A stretch of DNA of 26,075 bases from a virus (Duplodnaviria > Caudoviricetes): IMG/VR virus record IMGVR_UViG_3300020042_006393, positions 1 through 26,075 of that record; one strand, given 5' to 3'. Within the stretch, counting starts at the first letter, position 1; the number at the start of each line of letters is the position of its first letter. The notes below the pieces were generated by a model. That model saw only the letters and a list, made by a program, of their open reading frames with translations. It was not told where the DNA came from and did no database searches. Made by a program: the position numbers and the translations under genes. Shown here one piece after another: positions 1-8,043 of this stretch.

Positions 1-2
1 TA

Positions 3-287
3 ATGTTTGAGGCATTGCGTGAGGCAGTAAGGACAGGTTGTATTCGTGACCTGCCAATGATTATCTCGCAAGAATTAAGAGCATTCTTTATTAACGACAA
101 AGGGAATATAGATTATCCACAACACCATACAACACACGGTGATAGTGTCATAGCTCTAGCTCTTGCGCTCCAATGTATTAAGCAAGTAAGTCTTCCAACA
201 AAGAGCCAGCTGCCTGACTGGGTGGCGCAGGTCAAACTATCTAAAGCGCAAAAGAAGCTAAGCTATCAGAGTACTAGGAGATACTAG
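3..287 (+). CDS. terL: Terminase large subunit, C-terminal fragment (gene truncated by window start)
   Basis: 'ELRAF...HHTTHGDSVIALALA' resembles the C-terminal RNase H-like nuclease motif (E(L)xxF...HDDxVxALALA) of TerL; lies directly upstream of the portal. Confidence 0.75.
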   Translation: MFEALREAVRTGCIRDLPMIISQELRAFFINDKGNIDYPQHHTTHGDSVIALALALQCIKQVSLPTKSQLPDWVAQVKLSKAQKKLSYQSTRRY

Positions 288-382
288 AGAGGAGGGCTAA
301 GGCGCCCTCCTCTACCTCATATCCCCCTCTATACCTGTCTTGCTAACTGCATTATTTGAGGCACCCCCTTATTTTCAGCGAG
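282..382 (+). repeat. Dispersed hairpin/box element, copy A
   Basis: Stem AGAGGAGGGC(288-297)/GCCCTCCTCT(304-313), loop TAAGGC; ATATCCCCCTCTA at 319-331; ACCCCCTTATTTTCAGCGAG at 363-382; similar to copies at 8617-8720 and 17652-17766. Confidence 0.85.
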
Positions 383-387
383 CAGCG

Positions 388-402
388 TTAACATCACCAA
401 CA
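388..402 (+). promoter_or_regulatory. Putative phage late-promoter motif TTAACA-N7-YA upstream of portal
   Basis: TTAACA TCACCAA CA, followed by TTATCGAGG RBS; same motif upstream of other structural genes. Confidence 0.5.
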
Positions 403-421
403 TTATCGAGGAATATATTCA

Positions 422-1978
422 ATGGCAAGATCAGAAGCAGAAACTATCAAGTTAATTCGTCAAGTGCTAGGTGAGCATAAGGACCTATGGACGAATAGAC
501 TTGGAGATATGAAGAGATTACGTAGAGCCTATATGACCAGATTCTTTGAAGATTTAATTCCAGATGAGTCATCCCTACGTGTTGAGACTTCAGATGGATA
601 TACCTTTATTGAATCTTACATCGCATCCTTATTTGAAAAGTCTCCATCAATTGAAGCTGACTCTATGCAAGCTAGCCAAGCTGATGTTGAGATAGCAAAG
701 GCATGTGTCAATGGCTGGATGGCTGATAACAGGAAGGCTCTAGAGAATGGCTCTAGATTGGCTTTAATATACCCTATGGCCTTCTTCAAGATCTCACCAA
801 GGGAAAGTACCGACCCATTGAATCGCGTGGCTATAAGGGCACTGGAGCCTTGGAATGTTATTCTAGATAGAGATGCAGACCTATGGGAAGAGCAGAGATT
901 TGTAGCTCATCACTATTACCTACCACTTAATGATGCCACCAGTTTATATGGATCTAAGAAATGGAATCCAGTTTCTAAACCAGATTACTTTCAGAATGAA
1001 GATAGAGTAGGTAGTGGCAAGTTCTCTAGTCTGCCAAACGAATATAAGTATATCGAGGTTGTTGAGTTCTATGATCTCACCATGGATAAGTTATATATCT
1101 TCTCACCAAACTATAAAGTAGGTGGTGGATTACTAGAAGACATAAAGATTCCTTTGCGTAATTATGATGGCTCACCTCTAGTTCCAATTGCACCACTCTA
1201 TTACAGTCGTACTCCAGATAAACCAATGGATGGTTACTCAACTCTAGGTCGTGTATATGATCAGCTATTTGAGAAGAATATCATCAGAACATTCTGGGCC
1301 AATGCAATACGTAGAGATAGCCGTCAGTTCTTATACAAAGAAGGTGTCATTGATGAGGAAAGTTTAGCAAAGATTTCTGCGGGTCAAGATGGAGCAATGA
1401 TTCCAGTTGATGCAGACTCTCTTGATGGATTGATTAGATCAATACCTGTTGAGCCTTTATCAGCAAACTTTGACAGATACCTAGCCATGGTTGAATCCGA
1501 TATTCAGAGAGGTTCTATCATATCTGCCAACGTAAGAGGTGAAGCAACCAAAGCAACAGCAACAGAGGTAACAGCACTAGCCCAGTATACAGCCTCAGAG
1601 ATTGGACGTATGGCTAGAGAGCGTGATGAATCAATTGAAATGTTAGCTAATATATTTATTAGAATGTTGGTATATCAGCTAGAAGATAAGGAGCGCCCAG
1701 TTATTATGGTTGATAAGAAAGCTGTATTTGTTACAGCAGATAAGCTAGATTATAAACTAAAGTTCTTTGCACTTGACCAGGCATCAACACCTCTAAGTAA
1801 AGAGATAAAGAAGAGACAACTTGTTGAGCTACTTCCAATATTAGCTCAGCTTAATGTAGATCCAAAGGCAATCAAGGAAGAGATAATCAGGTCATTTAGT
1901 TTACCTGAGACTTTCTTGAAGGAGCCTGAGATAACACAACCTCCACAGGTAGCAGCAGGTGAGGAGATAGGACTATGA
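422..1978 (+). CDS. Portal protein (head-tail connector)
   Basis: 518 aa directly after TerL; portal-like segments 'LEPWNVILD', 'VVEFYD', 'RGEATKATATEV'; GAGG RBS. Confidence 0.85.
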   Translation: MARSEAETIKLIRQVLGEHKDLWTNRLGDMKRLRRAYMTRFFEDLIPDESSLRVETSDGYTFIESYIASLFEKSPSIEADSMQASQADVEIAKACVNGWMADNRKALENGSRLALIYPMAFFKISPRESTDPLNRVAIRALEPWNVILDRDADLWEEQRFVAHHYYLPLNDATSLYGSKKWNPVSKPDYFQNEDRVGSGKFSSLPNEYKYIEVVEFYDLTMDKLYIFSPNYKVGGGLLEDIKIPLRNYDGSPLVPIAPLYYSRTPDKPMDGYSTLGRVYDQLFEKNIIRTFWANAIRRDSRQFLYKEGVIDEESLAKISAGQDGAMIPVDADSLDGLIRSIPVEPLSANFDRYLAMVESDIQRGSIISANVRGEATKATATEVTALAQYTASEIGRMARERDESIEMLANIFIRMLVYQLEDKERPVIMVDKKAVFVTADKLDYKLKFFALDQASTPLSKEIKKRQLVELLPILAQLNVDPKAIKEEIIRSFSLPETFLKEPEITQPPQVAAGEEIGL

Positions 1979-2127
1979 TAAAGATTATAATTAAAGATGA
2001 GAAGAGCAAGGCTATGGAAGAGCTAGACCAGATGTATCCTGAAATGGATGAACCATCTGAGGAAGTTGCTAAGCCTGCAACAAGAGCTGATAAATACAAG
2101 TCTATGTGTGAAGAGGAGGAATACTAA
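1975..2127 (+). CDS. Small acidic hypothetical protein (50 aa, MIKIIIKDEKSKAMEELDQMY...EEEEY); not in ORF track
   Basis: ATGA overlap with portal stop, GAGGAG RBS, TAATG overlap with next gene. Confidence 0.7.
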   Translation: MIKIIIKDEKSKAMEELDQMYPEMDEPSEEVAKPATRADKYKSMCEEEEY

Positions 2128-2588
2128 TGCCAATCTATGAGCGTTGGTGTGCAAGATGTGGTGGTCACAAAGAGCTTATCCTAAAAATGGAGAACCGTGA
2201 CCAAGAAGTTATTTGCGATAGCTGCCATATTGTTATGACTAAAATATTATCTGTCCCAGCTTTTACTCCATCTAGTTGGGGTGCTGATTGGAGAGCTGGT
2301 CTGTCAGGCTCATCTATCCAGTCAACAGCATTAGGTAGACCAGTAGCTTCTCGTAAAGAAGAGGAAGCTATAATGCGTGACAGAGGCTTTGTACCTGAGT
2401 CTGATTTAGGCAGTCACTTTATAGATGACTTCAACGCAAAGCGTAGAGAAGCAGTTCTAGAACAAGATAAGGTAAACGCTACCTATCATCAGAACCTAAA
2501 AGCTTTTGGCGGAGATAAGATCAAAGCTATGACAGAAACATTTCCAGCGCACGAGTGTGTGTCTGGTGAGAAGAAAACAAGTTATTAA
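2127..2588 (+). CDS. FmdB-like zinc-ribbon protein
   Basis: N-terminal MPIYExxCxxCG...CxxC...KILSxP matches the FmdB zinc-ribbon pattern common downstream of phage portals. Confidence 0.75.
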   Translation: MPIYERWCARCGGHKELILKMENRDQEVICDSCHIVMTKILSVPAFTPSSWGADWRAGLSGSSIQSTALGRPVASRKEEEAIMRDRGFVPESDLGSHFIDDFNAKRREAVLEQDKVNATYHQNLKAFGGDKIKAMTETFPAHECVSGEKKTSY

Positions 2589-2600
2589 GTAGGAGATAAC

Positions 2601-3125
2601 ATGGCAATGCAAGATATAGCAGCTCTAAATATGTCACCAGTTGAAGATATGAAGGGCGAAGTTTCAAAGAAGATTGGCGAGGTAGAAAAGATGGAAGAAA
2701 GTGTTGGCATGGAAGCAAGTCCAAAGGGCATGTTTTCAAAGGGTGCATTAAACTCTTTAGTTAAAGCACACAATGCAGTCACTAGCATGTTTGGTATTCC
2801 AACTTATCCTATGTTCAGCAAAGACGAGACTGTATTCCCAGCAAAATTTACCAGAGAACTTTTAATGGTATCTAAAGCTGTTGAAGATGCGACAGCAAAA
2901 GAAATCTTAACTCCTGATATGGCTATCTCTTTAGACGGCGTTAGCAGAGACAGAGATCTTGCTGCCCTAACTGGCAAGCTTTCAATGTTAGCAAAGAGCA
3001 AAGACTTTAAGAAGTTCTTGCAAGAAGCACCAGATGAAGAGCCTATGATGGAGGAAGAAGCTCCAGTTAAAGAAGGTATGTCTGAGACCGAGATGGACCA
3101 GATGTTTATGGGCAGAATGTCATGA
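2601..3125 (+). CDS. Hypothetical head-module protein (Met/Glu-rich)
   Basis: 174 aa ORF, AGGAG RBS, coupled to next ORF. Confidence 0.7.
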   Translation: MAMQDIAALNMSPVEDMKGEVSKKIGEVEKMEESVGMEASPKGMFSKGALNSLVKAHNAVTSMFGIPTYPMFSKDETVFPAKFTRELLMVSKAVEDATAKEILTPDMAISLDGVSRDRDLAALTGKLSMLAKSKDFKKFLQEAPDEEPMMEEEAPVKEGMSETEMDQMFMGRMS

Positions 3126-3265
3126 GCCTCTATGAGAATATGAATAAAAGAAAGAAAGCTGGAACTTCTAGAAGCAAATCTAAGTCTACCATTGATCCAA
3201 AGACCTACGATAAGATGAAGAAAAAGAAAGGTGGCTTTGCTCCTAAAAAGCCAAAGGCAAAGTAA
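3122..3265 (+). CDS. Small Lys-rich protein (47 aa, MSLYENMNKRKKAGTSRSKSKSTIDPKTYDKMKKKKGGFAPKKPKAK); not in ORF track
   Basis: ATGA overlap upstream, TAATG overlap downstream; strongly basic. Confidence 0.75.
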   Translation: MSLYENMNKRKKAGTSRSKSKSTIDPKTYDKMKKKKGGFAPKKPKAK

Positions 3266-3507
3266 TGGCTGAGAAAGCTAGAAAGAAAGTAGTTAAAAAC
3301 CCAAAGACTGGCAGAAAGAAAGTTGTTAAGTATGGGCAGAAAGGAGCAACAGTGTCACCAGGAACTCCCAAAGGTGATAGCTACTGCGCAAGAAGCGAAG
3401 GCATAAAAAAGAGACTGCCTAAGTCAGAACAGAATGATCCTAACACTCCAAATAATCTCTCAAGAAAAAGATGGAAGTGTGCTGGTGACAAATCAAGAAG
3501 AGACTAA
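3265..3507 (+). CDS. Small basic phage protein (VKYGQKG...SYCARS...SRKRWKC type)
   Basis: 80 aa, Lys/Arg-rich; motif pattern typical of small phage head-region proteins. Confidence 0.75.
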   Translation: MAEKARKKVVKNPKTGRKKVVKYGQKGATVSPGTPKGDSYCARSEGIKKRLPKSEQNDPNTPNNLSRKRWKCAGDKSRRD

Positions 3508-3520
3508 ATAAGGAGAACAT

Positions 3521-4333
3521 ATGTTACAATCAACCGAGACTGTCGAATCAACAGACAACACCGAGGTAGTTAGTCCAGAAGTAGAAGCAGCACCTAGTGA
3601 TGCATTTGATATAGACGCACTAATCGCTGCTAATTTTGATAACGATGAGGTAATGAAAGATCCAACTGCTGAGCATAGGATAGGCAAACCTTATCATGAG
3701 GTGTTAAAGCATATCCCAGAAGACGGCAGAAAAGTAATTCAGAATCTAAGAGCAAGTTATACACGTAAGACACAAGAGCTTGCTACCATGAAAGCTGATC
3801 TTGAAAATCAAAAGACTGAGATGCTAAGACAGCAGAAGCTTATGACTGATAGCGAGTGGGCCAAGAATATAAAGAGCCTTGCAGATGATAGCACTGAGCA
3901 TGACATCTGGGATGAGGAAGGAAGGAAAGCTTCCATCAAGAAAGAAGCTGCAAAGATGATGTCAGATCTGATGAAGCCACTTCAGCAGGAGGTAGCACAA
4001 GAGCGTAGAGCATTAGAACTAGAAAGATTTAAATCAGAGCATCCAGATATGCAAGACTTGCGTGTTGATATAGCTGCCCTTTTGATAGAAAGATCTGATC
4101 TTAAACTAGAAGACGCTTACTATCTAGTCAAAGGCAAAAGATCAATTGAAACATCTAAGCAAGCAGCCCAAGCTAAAGTATCTGAAAGAGAAACAGCTAG
4201 ACAGGGTATTGCAAAGATAGCTGGTGGGAAGAATGTAGATTCTACTCAGCTTTCGGCTCCTCAGTTTAAGTCTGCTTGGGATGCGTATCAATATCACAAG
4301 TCTATGTCATCAACAGGCACCAACAGAAAGTAG
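3521..4333 (+). CDS. Putative capsid scaffolding protein
   Basis: Acidic disordered N-terminus, coiled coil with 'YTRKTQELA', helical C-terminus; upstream of MCP; AAGGAG RBS. Confidence 0.75.
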   Translation: MLQSTETVESTDNTEVVSPEVEAAPSDAFDIDALIAANFDNDEVMKDPTAEHRIGKPYHEVLKHIPEDGRKVIQNLRASYTRKTQELATMKADLENQKTEMLRQQKLMTDSEWAKNIKSLADDSTEHDIWDEEGRKASIKKEAAKMMSDLMKPLQQEVAQERRALELERFKSEHPDMQDLRVDIAALLIERSDLKLEDAYYLVKGKRSIETSKQAAQAKVSERETARQGIAKIAGGKNVDSTQLSAPQFKSAWDAYQYHKSMSSTGTNRK

Positions 4334-4361
4334 TTGACAGCTTATAAAAGAAGAGTATAAT
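4334..4361 (+). promoter_or_regulatory. Consensus sigma70 promoter driving the tRNA
   Basis: TTGACA (4334-4339), 16-nt spacer, TATAAT (4356-4361). Confidence 0.85.
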
Positions 4362-4439
4362 AGATATACTTAATAACCTTGCGCTCCATTTTCGTATTTT
4401 AATAATGTGCTCATTTTAAATAGCAAGGTTATTCTGTTT

Positions 4440-4514
4440 GGGCTGATAAGCTAATCGGGAAACTGGCGCCCTTGCACGGCGCACTTGAGAGTTCGATCCT
4501 CTCTCGGTCCACCA
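4440..4514 (+). tRNA. tRNA-Ala (anticodon UGC)
   Basis: Acceptor GGGCTGA/TCGGTCC with G3:U70 Ala identity pair; anticodon arm GCGCC-CTTGCAC-GGCGC; T arm GAGAG-TTCGATC-CTCTC; discriminator A; encoded CCA. Confidence 0.95.
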
Positions 4515-4593
4515 CTACTCGAAAGTGAAGGTTTTATTCTTCTTAAACAAAGGTTCCGACAGGTTAAACCTAATCAATATCGCAGAAAAAAGA

Positions 4594-4627
4594 AAAGGGC
4601 TCTTAGCAAAATATGCTAGAGCCCTTT
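4594..4627. terminator. Bidirectional intrinsic terminator between tRNA and convergent membrane-protein gene
   Basis: AAAGGGCTCT(T)AGCA-AAATA-TGCTAGAGCCCTTT, flanked by an A-tract on the left and T-rich sequence on the right. Confidence 0.75.
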
Positions 4628-4632
4628 GTTCG

Positions 4633-4947
4633 TTATTGTTCTTCTATATAGGTGTGAGTATCACAATTATAATATCTTTCATTGCGGTAGGAATAACATC
4701 GTTCTTGATAGAATTTGCTGTGATGAAGCTGTCCCATTTCCTTTTGTTCTACATATGTTAGAGGTTCTACATATCCTAGAGGTTTTACATCTGTAATATC
4801 TTCCCAGTTGTCATATGCCCAAGCTATGAAAAAGAGAATTGCAAGATAAGAAGGCAGTAGAAAAACTGTACCTAAAAGGATACACAAGACGTATATGATA
4901 TCTTTGATTACTTCGATTATGTCAGAAACTTTCCATGTAACAAACAT
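4633..4947 (-). CDS. Small membrane protein (104 aa from ATG at 4947)
   Basis: Hydrophobic segment IIYVLCILLGTVFLLPSYLAILFFIAWAY; ends next to the terminator; the longer start at 5154 overlaps the MCP leader and looks spurious. Confidence 0.55.
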   Translation of the reverse strand: MFVTWKVSDIIEVIKDIIYVLCILLGTVFLLPSYLAILFFIAWAYDNWEDITDVKPLGYVEPLTYVEQKEMGQLHHSKFYQERCYSYRNERYYNCDTHTYIEEQ

Positions 4948-5047
4948 TTGCAAATCCGTTTTTTGTGTGACGATCAAGAATTTTAAGAATTCCTTGGATC
5001 GCCAATATTTTAACCAGCTATTTTTGAGGCGCCATAGATTTTTCTGA

Positions 5048-5062
5048 TTAACAAAATCTCCA
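5048..5062 (+). promoter_or_regulatory. Putative late-promoter motif upstream of MCP leader
   Basis: TTAACA AAATCTC CA. Confidence 0.4.
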
Positions 5063-5219
5063 CATATGAAGGGCCTATCTCGCCCGCTATGCTGAACCTC
5101 CTGGTTACCGATAGCTAAGCAGAAACAACTCTTGGCTGAACCTCGAAAGAACACCTCACTAAGAGAGCAATCAAACTTTAGTTTATCATTTAACCAATTT
5201 ATATCAGGAGAATTTAATC

Positions 5220-6215
5220 ATGGCAATATCAAACGACTTGCTAAGCTCAACACTCTACTCAATCAGAGATGGAGAAGTTGATCAGCTATTTAGAAAGACA
5301 GCATTCCTAGACCTTTGTAAATCAAACGGCGGAATTGAATACGAAGACGGTGGTATCAAAATTCAAAGACCACTCACCGTCGTAGACCACTCAAGCATCA
5401 CTGCACTAGCAACTGGTTATGAGCCAGTATCACTAGCAGTTAGTGACGTTCTAAAGCCAGCTATATACGAATGGGCAGACTTCGTAAGTCCTATAGTGGT
5501 TACCAAACGCGAGGAAATGGAGAATAACGGTGAAAAGGCAATCGTAAAGATTGTCGAAGCCAGAATGAAGAACGTTATGGCAATGTTAAGACGTGAGCTA
5601 AACAAGCAGATCCTTGCTGGTAGCTCAGTATCTCTAGCTGCGCTAAATACCCTAAACGGTGAGGCAAAAACCACAGGCTTCCTAGAGGCTGGTGCTGCTG
5701 CTGCCGCAACTCAGACTAACATTGTTGGTGGTCTAACCAAGTCAACTCTAAACGTCCCAGGTTGGTATAACTCATTCAAGCAAGGTTCAACTGCAACAAT
5801 CGTTGCCGACCTAACCGAAATCTACCAGGACTGTAACCAGTTCTCTCCATTCGGAAACGTCAGCGCAATAATCATGAATCCAGCTACCTTCTCTGCTTAC
5901 AAGTCAGCTCTATTCACCAATGAGAGATTCATTGACTCCAAGGCTCTTGATGCAGGCAGACTTCAGTTAGCATTTGCTGGCGCAGTCTGTGAGCAGGATA
6001 ACGAGATGCCAGCTAACGCAGGTGCAGCAACCAGATTCTCAGCAATTCTTCTAAACTTCGAAGGTATCAAGATGGTAATGCATAGCGATGGCGACTTCGC
6101 AGTATCACCTTTCGAGCATATCTCTGGAACCACAGCAAGAAGCGCACAGCTATACTTTAAGGGCCAGCTTATTGCAGACCATCTACGTGGTTCTGGTATC
6201 ATGAGCGGTATCTAA
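5220..6215 (+). CDS. Major capsid protein (HK97 fold expected)
   Basis: 331 aa after scaffold; strong AGGAG RBS; biased codon usage; MCP-like segments 'GGIKIQRPL', 'IIMNPATFSAY', C-terminal 'GQLIADHLRGSG'. Confidence 0.85.
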   Translation: MAISNDLLSSTLYSIRDGEVDQLFRKTAFLDLCKSNGGIEYEDGGIKIQRPLTVVDHSSITALATGYEPVSLAVSDVLKPAIYEWADFVSPIVVTKREEMENNGEKAIVKIVEARMKNVMAMLRRELNKQILAGSSVSLAALNTLNGEAKTTGFLEAGAAAAATQTNIVGGLTKSTLNVPGWYNSFKQGSTATIVADLTEIYQDCNQFSPFGNVSAIIMNPATFSAYKSALFTNERFIDSKALDAGRLQLAFAGAVCEQDNEMPANAGAATRFSAILLNFEGIKMVMHSDGDFAVSPFEHISGTTARSAQLYFKGQLIADHLRGSGIMSGI

Positions 6216-6245
6216 TCTTAACACATTTTATAAGGAAATAATACT

Positions 6246-6743
6246 ATGGCTACTTCAACATTAATTCAGAGACTAGATCAATCAGCTCTAACAACTTCAA
6301 CTACAGTTCCAGGTGGATACACTGTTGTAACAACTCCAGATGTTTCAAACAGAACTCAGAAAGAAACCTTCCTTGCTGGCGCTGCCATAACAAAGGGTGA
6401 CTGGGTTGCTTTCGATACTTCAGCAACTGGCGCTGTAAAAGTCCTAACCGTAATTCAAGCTTCAACAGCTTTTGCTCTTGGCAATCCACTTGTTGTAGGT
6501 GTTGCACTTAACGCAGCAACCGCAGCAGGCGAGAGAGTCGAAGTTGTTGTATCAGGTTACTGTGACATTGCAAACGTAGCTGCCGCAGTTGCAGCAGCAG
6601 GTGTCGCTCTAGTAGTCGACGCTACCTTAGCAGGAAGAGCTGTTGCACTAGCAGCAGCAGATACTGCAAACGCATGCGGTGTATCACTAGCAGCAGCTTC
6701 AGCTGGTAACGTAGGCGAAGTTTGGGTATATAAGCAGTTCTAA
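6246..6743 (+). CDS. Capsid decoration/cement protein (DUF2190-like)
   Basis: Ala/Gly-rich; 'AGAAITKGDWV', 'VVGVALNAATAAGERVEVVVSG' pattern; follows MCP and precedes terminator. Confidence 0.7.
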   Translation: MATSTLIQRLDQSALTTSTTVPGGYTVVTTPDVSNRTQKETFLAGAAITKGDWVAFDTSATGAVKVLTVIQASTAFALGNPLVVGVALNAATAAGERVEVVVSGYCDIANVAAAVAAAGVALVVDATLAGRAVALAAADTANACGVSLAAASAGNVGEVWVYKQF

Positions 6744-6761
6744 TCTCTAACTGATAGAGAG

Positions 6762-6793
6762 AAGGCCCTGGAATTCCAGGGCCTTTTTGTTTT
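6762..6793. terminator. Intrinsic terminator after capsid operon, between convergent genes
   Basis: Perfect 24-bp palindrome AAGGCCCTGGAATTCCAGGGCCTT (6762-6785) followed by TTTGTTTT. Confidence 0.9.
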
Positions 6794-6794
6794 A

Positions 6795-7991
6795 TCAGTA
6801 TCTCTTCATTGCTAGCGGGATTCTTGCATCTATATCATATCTTGCTTTTAAGAACACCTCTAGAGAATCTTCCAAATACTTCTTGATATCATCAGTAAAA
6901 GATCTCCAGTCGGTTATTAAGAATCCATCAAAGCTTAAAGCTTGAATCTCTAGGCCAAATGCTCTACACTTACGCTCTAGAAGCTGGAGGCATTCGTCTT
7001 CGATTGCTTGAATTGTTAGGGCTAATCTTCTAGAACCATATTCAATGTGTGCAAAAGACTTTGACTCATCTTTAGACTTTAATTCTAATGCTAGAACAGA
7101 AAGATCCTTGTGTAAACCTTCTAGATTTTGTGTTATTTTTGGTGTATAGCCATCACCGTCTCTCCAAGCTGGTGATTCAAAGCTAGAGTTCTCTTTAATC
7201 CAGGTAGTAAAAGCGTTATTACCTTCTTGTTTATATTTGAATGGAGCTAGATAGCATGTCTGAAGAAGCAACTTCTTGGCAGGATCATTATCACAAGCAA
7301 AGTTCTCTTTTATCTCATCAATAAATAAAGGTCTATTTCCAGCAAGGAGGCTTAGCTTTGTAAGATCTAGTCCGTACTTTCTTGCAAGACCATCCATAAT
7401 AATTGGATGGCAGTTAGACATGTCTATCTCAGCTTGGTCGAATACAATCTCAGCTCTCAATACTTTTGGAAGACTTTGTAGGGAAGGACTTGTTGCAAAT
7501 CTTCTGCCATCCTTTCCAGCAGTTCTTTCATATGTCACCCAGTTGCATCCGTCTTCTTTGTTATAAGACATTGCATACATCTTGGCTGCCATATAGTGCT
7601 CAGGTTTTGCAAATAGGGATGGTCCTTTTGAAACTAGGTGCTCTAGCTTTGCAATGTTAACAACCTCTCTGAAGAAATCCTTTCCTTGTTCACCAGACTT
7701 TGGCTTCTGAGTTGGCTCGACAGTCCAGCAGGCCATCTCTCTTACAGCTTCCTTCTTAAATGTGTAGCCCATGGTGTATGCTTTCTTGACGTTGAAAGAA
7801 TAATTATCAGATACAACGTCCAAAATATTGGAAAGTTTACGCTTATAGTTATCGCCAAACTTTCTGTTTAACTCAGTGGCTGATACATAGAACGCATTGT
7901 TGTCATACATATGTGCTCTTTGGTTATTATCAACTTGGGCTTTCAATTCAAGCAGGGCTAGCTTCTCTTTGTTTGTGAATTCTGTGATCAT
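6795..7991 (-). CDS. Family-A/T7-RNAP-superfamily polymerase-like protein (TV-Pol-like), 398 aa from ATG at 7991
   Basis: GRRFATSPSLQSLPKVLR (cf. GRLSSxxPNLQNIP), motif A EIDMSNCHP, motif B AKKLLLQTCY, 'IQAIE', motif C LSFDGFLI; GGAG RBS 5 nt before ATG 7991. Confidence 0.7.
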   Translation of the reverse strand: MITEFTNKEKLALLELKAQVDNNQRAHMYDNNAFYVSATELNRKFGDNYKRKLSNILDVVSDNYSFNVKKAYTMGYTFKKEAVREMACWTVEPTQKPKSGEQGKDFFREVVNIAKLEHLVSKGPSLFAKPEHYMAAKMYAMSYNKEDGCNWVTYERTAGKDGRRFATSPSLQSLPKVLRAEIVFDQAEIDMSNCHPIIMDGLARKYGLDLTKLSLLAGNRPLFIDEIKENFACDNDPAKKLLLQTCYLAPFKYKQEGNNAFTTWIKENSSFESPAWRDGDGYTPKITQNLEGLHKDLSVLALELKSKDESKSFAHIEYGSRRLALTIQAIEDECLQLLERKCRAFGLEIQALSFDGFLITDWRSFTDDIKKYLEDSLEVFLKARYDIDARIPLAMKRY

Positions 7992-8043
7992 GTCATCTCC
8001 ATTTATTAGTTTGATATTAGTAGAAAATCGCTGGGAAAATATT

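Noticed and set aside
4515-4590. Possible second tRNA/ncRNA (GGTTCCGAC resembles a T-loop)
   Set aside because: No cloverleaf or acceptor stem could be built
4525-4761. 78-aa hydrophobic + strand ORF
   Set aside because: GTG start without RBS; crosses the terminator and overlaps the convergent gene
5022-5034. Possible fourth degenerate element (ATTTTTGAGGCGC resembling copy A ATTTGAGGCAC)
   Set aside because: No hairpin or ATATCCCCCTCTA box nearby; match too short
4948-5154. N-terminal extension of the 173-aa minus ORF
   Set aside because: Runs antisense through the MCP promoter/leader with no RBS; ATG 4947 preferred
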